64,000 nucleotides of DNA from Antedon mediterranea (taxonomy: Eukaryota > Animalia > Echinodermata), in the NCBI RefSeq assembly GCF_964355755.1, contig NC_092675.1:24958912-25022911 (forward strand), written 5' to 3'. Below the pieces are notes generated by a model. That model worked only from the letters and a program-made list of their open reading frames with translations. It searched no databases and was not told the DNA's origin. Shown here piece by piece: positions 55,001 through 64,000 of this stretch (the stretch's first letter is position 1; each line of letters opens with the position of its first letter). The translations under genes and the position numbers were made by a program.

Positions 55001-58000
55001 GATGGGTTAGTATAGTATATTAAAAACCTAAATTGGAACCAGTTTGGTCCCATCAATGTCTATAAATATCATATTAAGTTCGTTAAGAGATTTGTCACAT
55101 AACATCTCTTTCTGTTGGAGAGTGCGGATTACAGATTCTAATACGTTTTACCATACGAATAACCTTTGAGAAGTATTGGCAATAATGCTTCAGGAGATCA
55201 AACGCCTAAATACAATAACTTTATAGAAATCAACACTCCCATAAATCAACAATTATTCTAATATTATGAATTAATAATAATCTGATAAGAGTTGTATTCA
55301 AATTATAATATAATACCAAAGTCATATTGGCGGATTAGTATACTAATTCGTAAACGTCTGAAAATTTTCAAAAAGGTCAATGACAGCAATTATCCGAGTT
55401 AACATTTTAAATTGTTATCGGATTTTTTTTAAAGTTCAAATTATATATCATTACGTTATAGTGAAAGGTAAGTGATCGTAGTGTTTTAATCTGATCATCT
55501 TCGAGATTTGGGTCTGAATTTTTAGGTCATCTTGATTCTAGATTTTTGGGTGACCTTGGTCTTGAGTCTCGCTTTAAGTTATTTGTGGTCTATCGCACTG
55601 TTAGGTAGTGAGTCTTTGGTCATCTGGGTCCATAGCCTAGCCTAAGTTATTTGGTTTATCGTACTGTTAGGTAGTGAGTCTTTGGTCATCTGGGTCCATA
55701 GCCTAGCCTAAGTTATTTGGTTTATCGTACTGTTAGGTAGTGAGTCCTTGGTCACATAGGGTCCAGAGCCTGGCCTAAGTTATTTGGTATATCTTGCTGG
55801 TCTAGATTGTTTGGCCATTTTTGGTATAGAGTCTGGTCTAATGCGTTTTATAAATTTGTATGAAAGTGGTTTGGTTGGGTGTATTGGTAACATTTTAGTT
55901 GTGTCAGGTTGCATTCTAAATAACTACCCGGATGTGTCTGAAAGTAAGCTGAACAAACTTAATTTATAATCGTTAAGAATCTTGATCTTGTCGTCCAGGT
56001 ACTGATTTTTCATTAGAAAACAATGAAACCTATTTATTTTAACGTACGTTAGTGGGCTTTTAACACGGGTCACAACACTGGTCTATACTATAGATTATAT
56101 TATTAGCCTAAGTGGACGATTCGAAGGCATGCTATAACGGAAAGCGCCAGGCAGGTTAGGCAACGTTTGAGTACTTACAGGTGTTCAGATGAACTTTAAT
56201 CGTAAATTTTTGTTAGATCATAAATTGAAGTTGTTGAAAGAAAGATAGACTGGGGCTTAATACGTAAGTGTTAGAGTGCAATGGTGTTAGAGGTTACTTA
56301 ACATTGAGGAAATTAGCAAGGAATTTGATAAACTTTGACAAAGTCCTTCAGGCAAACTTCATATTTTACTGTTAATCACGAAGTTAATAAGCATGGTGTT
56401 GTCTATCTAGCTTTCTTTCGGTGAGTGGGTTAGTAATGGTTGCATGTTTTAAAGGAAATCCCACTTACACATGGCCCACCTCGTGTGAGGCTACAAATGC
56501 CGACAAAAGGCCTTCATCTCGGGTGAGGGCACAACTTCTGGGACTATTACACATACCCCTCACAGGGCCATATCCTGAAAGCATTCAACGTATTTTGTGT
56601 TAAAACTAGATAAAACACAAACTGACACAACGCCGTATGACATGATCTTATCAACCTTCAAATCGAAATATTGCGTTGTCTTACGTCACAGTTAAAATAT
56701 GTGCAATGTTCTCTTACCTGCTGGTCCGAAGCTGTCACGTGTGAAGAAGAGAGCCAGATCATGATGTTCCTTATTGCTATCGTCTGGGTGGTTTGCTTTG
56801 TAAGCCCATGTGCATACTTTTCTCAAACTGGCGGCTGGTGAACCACTGATCATTCCGCTTGACTGTGGAGACAAAACAATTAAGTTTAAATATTTTCTAT
56901 ATAACATAAGTAATACATGTGTTTTTTAACTTGAGATTCATGGATATTTAATATTTGTTAATGAGCTATTTTAAAAAATGTATATATTACCTGTGACTTG
57001 CTGAGCATTACAATTCTGATGACAGCAACTGTGACATCGATGTTCAATGATTTGTGGTGGTATGCTTCATTTACCTAAACAACAATAATGCAATAGTTCT
57101 ATTTAGTTTTAGTTATGCATTATTTAACATAGAATAATTGCGTAATGTATACAGTATACGGACGGCGGTTCAGACGTGTTCCCATCCTTCATTGCTGGTC
57201 GCTTACCGGCAGATCGGTGCTTGTAATACGGACCATCGTTGTTTTAAATACGAATGAATTTAACTTTATGTCATTACTTTGTACTTATTGTTACTTAAGC
57301 GTGGTTCCCACTAGCGACGCAACACAAGGACGTAACGCAACGCAAGTGAATTGACCAATCGCTTATTCGCTTGTGATTGCTAACTGTCTATAACTTCGCT
57401 TGTCATTGGTTAAAGCGCTTGCGTTGCGTTTACGTCCTTGCGTTACGTTCTAGTGGGAACCAAGCTTTACATGATAATTTCAGACGGCGTTATTTTAAAT
57501 ACTGTTAAACACGTTATGTACATCATAATATCAATAAATATCGGTAAAATATACCATTCATATTCATGGCACACGATACAAACGTAAGTGATTCAATATC
57601 ATTACATATTAACGGTAGGCTTATTACTTAATTGAATCTATTTGTGCTTTGTCACGAAATTTGTAAAAGCCTAATAACATACGGAAAGTGAAAACATACT
57701 TATTTAAAATGTTCAAACAAAAGTTATCAAAACAATTAGATTATAGACAAAGGTCAATATTTAGAGACTGTAAAGTTCATCATTAGATAGATGAACTCAA
57801 TATCACAACACGGTACAGTATAATTATCTTCTGTGGGTACATGTTCCTTAAGCTCTGTCTACACTGTCTAACTAACTAACACTACTTATGTCTACATTCC
57901 ATTGTACATTAAGACACTTTCCGTTTCGTTTGAGCTGTTTATTCTTACTCCAGTAAGAAACCAATGTAAATATTGTATGGGTAAAGTACTTACGATGTTC

Positions 58001-58944
58001 ATCATGGTAAGAAGGTAAGTTGGAATGTTTTCTTCACCGTGGAACTCTACCATTGTGTTGTCAACAGCAAGCATTGTCTCAATGAAGTATTTTCCTCCCG
58101 ATCCACGCTTAACTCTTCCAGTTTCCATTGCAACGTCTTTCACCTTTTTTACAACTTCTTCTGCCGAATCTATATAATCAGTTAGGATCAAATTTATGCT
58201 TCGCCTCACACAAATTAACGTGCTCATGATCAAAACATTAATTCATCGTGCATAGTTTGATCATGACCAACTCTGTGCCAACTAATATTCAATTTGGATT
58301 TTTTTTTTTTATGTAAAGATTTTTTTAAATTAAATTTGAGAGTGATATTTTTAATATTTCATTTGTAATCGTAAAAATACACATTAGGTAATAAATTAAA
58401 AATAGTATTTCAAAAAATGGTTTTAGTTATCTTATCTTAACTACTTTACTTATAGAATCCCCACATCCTATATCTATTTGACTTAAAGGTCCCTAAAGAT
58501 CCATCTCAGCATTAACTGATACTTTTATGTGGTTTTCCTTCCTCATATGTTGAATTTTGAATATTAAATTAAACAATTCAACTGGAGGAACCAAAAGAGG
58601 TGGTTGTAAAAATTGTAAATTAGATGTATATTGTATTGAAGAAAATTATACGATTTGATTCCAATTCAGGCGGTCGGTGTTGGAGTTTGTATTTACGTTT
58701 TAAATAAATCTCAGAAAATTAGTATTTCTAGGTTGATATACTCGTCAGTGGTTTTGTATTAAATGTATTACTCGGCTATAGTGATATTATTCTTACCAAA
58801 ATCACCGAATTTTGAGCCGTCTCTCTTGACAAGAGCACTTCTTTCGTACACGATGTGGGTCTTGCCTGCCTCAGGGTTGTTTGATCCAGTCTCAATTGGC
58901 TCAACTATCTTTTCGTTGCCATCCTTATCTTTAAATATACCTTG
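40014..58944 (-). CDS. ADAMTS2/3/14-like (procollagen N-proteinase clade) metalloprotease, 5'-partial; full-length isoform
   Basis: Exons in transcript order: 58944-58797; 58169-57994 (furin site RVKR); 57074-56991; 56862-56718; [56574-56469 or 54965-54863]; 54408-54265 ([10 protein letters not shown], Met-turn SIMAP); 49957-49816; [49648-49535 or 49483-49376]; 45846-45668 (TSR1); 45472-45409; 45307-45196; 45011-44878; 44140-44020; 43632-43552; 43413-43250; 42720-42576; 42107-41972; 41633-41423; 40967-40826; 40195-40014 (PLAC-like, stop). Domain order pro-catalytic-disintegrin-TSR-Cys-rich-spacer-3xTSR-PLAC, plus FGPAG, HDGQGN and CKTKKGP, indicate the ADAMTS2/3/14 clade. Signal peptide and earlier prodomain exons were not located. 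Confidence 0.9.
42763..42942. mobile_element. Tc1/mariner-type MITE remnant in an ADAMTS intron
   Basis: TACACAGTAGAACGC... / ...GGAGTTCCACTACTG imperfect TIRs of the CAGTGGAAC type. Confidence 0.5.
47637..47702 (-). CDS. ADAMTS alternative terminal exon ([21 protein letters not shown])
   Basis: TTCCAG acceptor preceded by TACTAACATACTAAC; phase 0; paralogous to the start of exon 45846 ([12 protein letters not shown]); TAA at 47639-47637; minus-strand AATAAA at 47571-47566. Confidence 0.78.
   Translation of the reverse strand, partial: WCMAGKCVKKSKRELSKKSKF
48992..49173. mobile_element. MITE family B copy
   Basis: Near-identical to 15141-15322 and 57297-57468. Confidence 0.85.
49376..49483 (-). 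CDS. ADAMTS disintegrin-like exon variant 2 ([36 protein letters not shown])
   Basis: TTTTTACAG acceptor, GTAAG donor, 108 nt, phase 0-0; aligns to variant 1 (DxCxQLxC...P...ALxGxxC). Confidence 0.78.
49535..49648 (-). CDS. ADAMTS disintegrin-like exon variant 1 ([38 protein letters not shown])
   Basis: TTTAG acceptor, GTAAG donor, 114 nt, phase 0-0; canonical ADAMTS2/3-like sequence. Confidence 0.88.
54023..54092. repeat. 23-bp tandem repeat (CCGTTATCAACGTAACGTAACTA)x~3
   Basis: Directly visible. Confidence 0.8.
54863..54965 (-). CDS. ADAMTS catalytic exon variant B ([35 protein letters not shown])
   Basis: CTAAG acceptor with TACTAAC ~40 nt upstream, GTAAGT donor, 103 nt, same phases as variant A, open frame. 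Confidence 0.85.
55575..55790. repeat. 66-bp tandem repeat x~3 between ADAMTS catalytic exons A and B
   Basis: Unit TAAGTTATTTGGTTTATCGTACTGTTAGGTAGTGAGTCTTTGGTCATCTGGGTCCATAGCCTAGCC. Confidence 0.85.
56469..56574 (-). CDS. ADAMTS catalytic exon variant A ([36 protein letters not shown])
   Basis: TTTCAG acceptor, GTAAGT donor, 106 nt, phase 1 to phase 2. Confidence 0.88.
57297..57468. mobile_element. MITE family B copy
   Basis: AAGCGTGGTTCCCACTAGCGACGCAAC...TTCTAGTGGGAACCAAGCTT. Confidence 0.85.
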
Positions 58945-61900
58945 CTGAAATAAGAACAATTTAAGGTATTAATTAAATTATTTATATTTTTAAAAGTTTA
59001 TTAGTAATTATGGAGATAAAGTGTAAAAAGTTCTTGTTTTTTTTTGTTTTGATAAAAACTGAATGAGTAAATCTAAAATAAAAATTCTAAAAAACCACAA
59101 ATTGCAATACCACTTACTATAACCGGAACATAAAATGTCCAGTTTCTTTAAATCGTCCACTTTATAGTATGTTTTTGTAACCTGTAATATTTCTTATTAA
59201 CAATCCGGTTACAGTAACAGTTTTTAATACTTCCTTATCCCATCGGATCATCATATAATTCAAATTAAATTGATACTTGGAAGAGTTCGTAACAATGCAT
59301 TTTTAGATTTTATCAGTGGAGTCATTTTATTGAATAATAATATAGATATTTTTGAATGGTGTACTTTATGAGTCACGTGTATTGTTTCCCGTTGCATTCC
59401 CAAGTGTCTATCATCTGACTCAGTGTCGTTCAAGACATGTTTATCTACAGAGGCATATACAACCGAGGAAACGTTCTGTTTTATCGTTTTCATTCAGACC
59501 CTATTCTCTCAACGAGGCTTTTTACTATGGATTGTCCAATCATCGTTACCAACATAAAATCTAGGTCAACATAAATTTTCTTTCAAAGAATTTAATTAAA
59601 AGTTGCACAAAACTATTGTGCTTTCATAATTAAAAGTATGCGTTGTATTGTAGGCCTACTTTTAATCTAGATTTACAGACCTGTACAGTTTCGTATTTAC
59701 ATTTAATAAATGTTTATTTTCTTTTTCTTTAATATTTGGCAATATTTGGAGTTTTTAATCAGGGTACTGGCACTAGGATGTGATTAAAGGTCCTGATCCG
59801 GTTGTAGTAGTTTGTAAAGAAACTTATTTTATATACACTAATGTATTTCGTACTAGGGTTTTTTAATAGTATATATCACATTTGTAAATCAAGTATTTTT
59901 AGTGAAAGAATGGTTCTCTTTGTAAGCCGCTTGCTTGAGAACGACGCGCGCGTATATGTGTACAGTTAATTTTCGGAGATGTAGGCCGCACAGTCATGTA
60001 CGTTTACGATACGTTTACGTGTTTTGCTAAATGCTGCTAAACAGTGCAACTGTCCCTTTAAGTACAAAGTGACGTTGAGGTTGTTGAGGTCAGCTTTTTT
60101 AACCAAGTTATTTCATGAGTAGGACAATGCAAGGTGCTATTCCGTTAATCACAGTAGTCGGTGTGGTGTTGATATAGAACCACTGATTCATACATGAATG
60201 TACAACCTCCCTATAAATTGTGTACAGTCAACAAAGTGCTGTTTTGTTCTATCATTTATCACGAGGCGTAAAATGTGGAAGGTAAACGGATGTGTGGTTA
60301 GCCTCACCGTTTAATAGAATCACCTATTCAAAAATGTGGGACAAGAAAATTATCGTTATCGAAATCCTTTAAATGTCACATGTTGTATAAAACCATTAAT
60401 ACCTTTCATAATTATATAGGCCATGTTTCACTTTGTCTGGCATGGTGGAAATCGCACGCTGTATACAAATACATAAAGTCCGCTAACACAATGACTTCGC
60501 CCCATGGGATGATGTCCGCAAACACCTTACGGACAGATAGAACTTGTTCGCCACAAAACAGTAGCAATTCCCATAGCTAATGCACCCTTCATTGTTCCTT
60601 CCTATTAATGTGTAATTTCCTATGCAATCGATAACGGCTTATAAAGCAATTGAAAAATGTCCATAGAACTGTTTGATGTTTGTAGTCTGGGGATGCAAAC
60701 TTTATATATTACTGTTATTTGGTCCCAGTTGAGTCGATATATTATTAGTCACTCAGCTATCCACGTGACCACTGTTACTATTTAACACGAAGGTCAGGGA
60801 TTTTCTAGCCTTTACTTTTAAATATGAAATATTATTCATTGTGAAACTAAACATTATCATAATACGGAATGTCATAGGTTGTAAATGAATACCATTCACC
60901 TATCACTTGCCCTTTTTAAAACCTCATATAGGCTTTTTAATCACCCTCATTTCCTTTAAATTAATCGTTTTTTGCTGGAAGAATTAATTTAATATTAATT
61001 GATTGGTGATATGATTTGTTGAATTCATGACTAAATAAACAAATTTGTATTTTAAGTAAACGGATTGACCTACTGCCTTAAAGTATTGACTTAATTAATA
61101 CTAGGCCTCTGAAATTGATACCCATGAAATGACCTAGTACAAGGTAGGCCTACTACCAAATAAATATTGTTTATATTAGGTGATAAGCATTGTTATATAT
61201 ATATATGCTGTAATCAATGTATTTATCGTCATATTTACTAACTACTGATGCAGTTCCATATTAATTCAAACACAAATTATTTTTAATAGGTCTAAGCACC
61301 ACTCTAAAAAGTAATACATATTTATAAATTATAGCACATTGATCTGCGTTTTGTGCCAGTAGGAGCCAGAATATGCCACTTTTACATGATGCACAAACGT
61401 GTCTATGTGTAACGGTGGCATGGAACAAACACGATGGTGTTCTTTCTAGTGGAACTTCAAGAATAATTATGTGAATTTGCTTATATAAAAACCATAATAA
61501 TCTTCGCTACTTAACCATTATTCCCGTCAATTTAAAAACGAAGAGGCCTAAATGAGTAGTGTAAAAAAAAAAAAGCTGTTACATTTAACCGAACCGTATC
61601 AGCCGTAACTCATCACGTGATGCATAGCGTTTTGAAACTTATTATTTTCAAGAAATGAAGTGGAACATCTTGTTCGAAAATAGTTGTAGCAATTTATCCA
61701 CGCTAATTAGGTTAATGGTATTATTACCATTGGTTTTCACGCATCATTCCATTGTTGAATCAGTGCGCATGATGATATTTGATTTTTATAACGTTTAGGA
61801 TTGGTTTATGTTTAGTTATTGTTTCCAAATACCATAGTGAAATTATAATAAAAAATGAATTTCTTTTTAAGCTGTGTAGGCCGCAATACTTAAATTAATA

Positions 61901-64000
61901 TTGGCGCTCTTTTTGTAATTTCGGATGTTGTATTCCCAACAAGAGAAACGCATTTCGCGCTATTTAAATCACTTCATTAAACCAATAAATGCATTATCTG
62001 TTTTCGTATTGTTTTTCGTAACATAGCATATTCGACGTTTTTGTTTTGCATAGTTTTGACGCCACTGGACTATTTACCTCACATCCCAGCTCGTATAACC
62101 CTCTGCATTCGTAAATTCGATATTTTCATCAACAGTAGGCTTTCCTAACCATATAACTCCACTGGTACAGTATTAGGTTACGCACGCCAACCGAGCGCCT
62201 AATTTTTTCTGCGAGCACATGCCGAGCGGGAACAAGTCAACGTTCTATTATCCAATTATTAAAGCGGCGGAGACGATGGTGTTATACCGTCACGTTTCTT
62301 CGTGCAAACCTATCACTTTCTTAGCAAGAGCACTATGGGAGATGGGCAACCGTGGAGATAAACATTTTTGCCCAACGACTTGTGAGATTGATCCGTTCAA
62401 AGTTGGTAGCTTTCCGGGTAGCTTTCTCATGAAATTGAAAAGTAGATTCTATGCAAGAAATATACGAGTATACGAGTCGCGCTACTATCGCAGCCAATGG
62501 TACTTATATACAAGGACAACTTTTAGAAGCTATGATTTTTACCTATTTTATCCATTATGTAGCCTATTAAAATAAATAACGTACATTAACGACTTTCTGA
62601 ATGACATTGAATAGTTAATAAGTTCAATTATATTGTAGTTAGCCGGGGGTTTGTTGAAATATCACGATTTAACGCAGACAGAATGATACACAATGTAAAC
62701 TAAATGATGAAATCATAAACTAAAATGCCCGATGATTATTAATAGTAAATAATGTTAACATCCTTCATCGTGATTATATTAACGATAATTTATTCGATTG
62801 GCTTTGCCGATGCAATCGTAAGATAAGTAAGTGATGTAATAGTAAAATCGAGGTTTAGTTGCTTTATATGGACAGATCACAGAAATCAGTGACTAAATTT
62901 CACATTTCTACGTTATCTTTAGTTAACAAAAATCCTTCATTCGTTTTTAATATAACCAGGTCATCATTACATCGATTCAAATTTGAAATGTAGCTATGAA
63001 TACAGTAATCTGTAAAGAGTTTGTTATAATCTAGGGGAGAGTGCGTGTAATAATGCTCTGGAATTCCACTTTCTATATTACACGTGTACATGTCTAGTAT
63101 CTACCACATGAGATCTAAAACAGTATAAACGTAGCATGTTTGTAAAAAGGTGTGGGGGGGGGGGGTGAAATAAGTGGTGACATTTTGATGAAAGGTTGAG
63201 AAGTAGGAGCATTTTATTGGGTAATCTATTAAGATTATCAGAACATATATAATTATTATATTCTTGTTTTCATCCATCACTCATGGATGTTATAAAAATA
63301 AATGCATCGTAAATGTACACATAACTTGATAACTCGATAAGGAGCTAAAAACGATTTGTGTTTTTTTTATAACAGAGAATAAAAAATGAAACGAAACCAT
63401 TAAATTTCTCATTGTTGATAAATGAAATGTGATTCTAAAATGTTTTACTGTGATAGCCTCCCTTGTTCAAGTTGTTACTGTGCTAGCTAGCTACCACACA
63501 GGCTCGTACGATTACCGAACTGGGAGATTTGGCCTCATTTCGGCCGATGACGTCATAAAACGGCTATAATGTAAACTCAATTTGGCATTCCAACTCTTGC
63601 CAGCAAACTATCTTCTCCCCGGGAGAAATCTGTTTTTTTTCTCTTCGTCCCATTTGTCTGCTTCGATTGACACCGTGGGAGGCATTTTTGCACGCATCAG
63701 TTCGAAGCTTTTTATTGAAAATGGTAAACTTTTGTATTACCATTTTCAATTTCCCAACTAAATTTCTTCTATTTTTTTTTAACAGTTTTATACAATTTTA
63801 ACTCTAATTTACACACGCATTAGCTTGTTATCTTTTTATCAAAAAACCTATTTATATTTCTCAAATAAAACTGTTTTTAATCAAATGTCATACTTCTCAT
63901 CTGAAACCTTTTACATTAATGTTTTTATACACTATATCAGTGGGCACATCCTTGCAATTATTGGCCACTTAAAGTGTCAGAAAATATGAAATCTTGTATC

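Noticed and set aside
59000-64000. Short ORFs (e.g. 62219-62575) as upstream ADAMTS exons
   Set aside because: No signal-peptide or prodomain similarity, and no convincing splice-flanked frame; treated as intron.

Overview
AT-rich, intron-rich animal genomic DNA, not prokaryotic. It is probably a marine invertebrate deuterostome such as an echinoderm, inferred from a Deu/Nin-type tRNA SINE and the gene content. Six spliced protein-coding genes were reconstructed by hand, with GT-AG boundaries and reading frame checked: METTL27/WBSCR27-like methyltransferase (+, 754-3011); an uncharacterised ARM-TIR-SAM protein (-, 9129-4462); IPMK (+, 19935-24002, with one U12-type intron); BOLA1 (-, 27729-26657); renalase (+, 29748-34082, head-to-head with BOLA1); and an ADAMTS2/3/14-like metalloprotease (-, >58944-40014, 5' end not found in the window). 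The main finding is in the ADAMTS gene, which carries three internally duplicated exon pairs. These are two alternative active-site (HEVGH) exons, two alternative disintegrin-like exons only 51 nt apart, and a duplicated stop-containing terminal exon that would give a short protease with a basic tail. Together they predict a combinatorial mutually exclusive splicing system of up to 8 isoforms, with TACTAAC and TGCATG motifs nearby. Other items include a pair of young TGT..ACA, 4-bp-TSD elements loaded with TTGCGCAA sites in the 5'UTR introns of IPMK and BOLA1. There is also a stray membralin (TMEM259) fragment in a renalase intron, a minisatellite derived from an IPMK exon-intron junction, and many MITEs, a SINE and a LINE fragment. 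All protein identifications come from motif recognition, not database searches.
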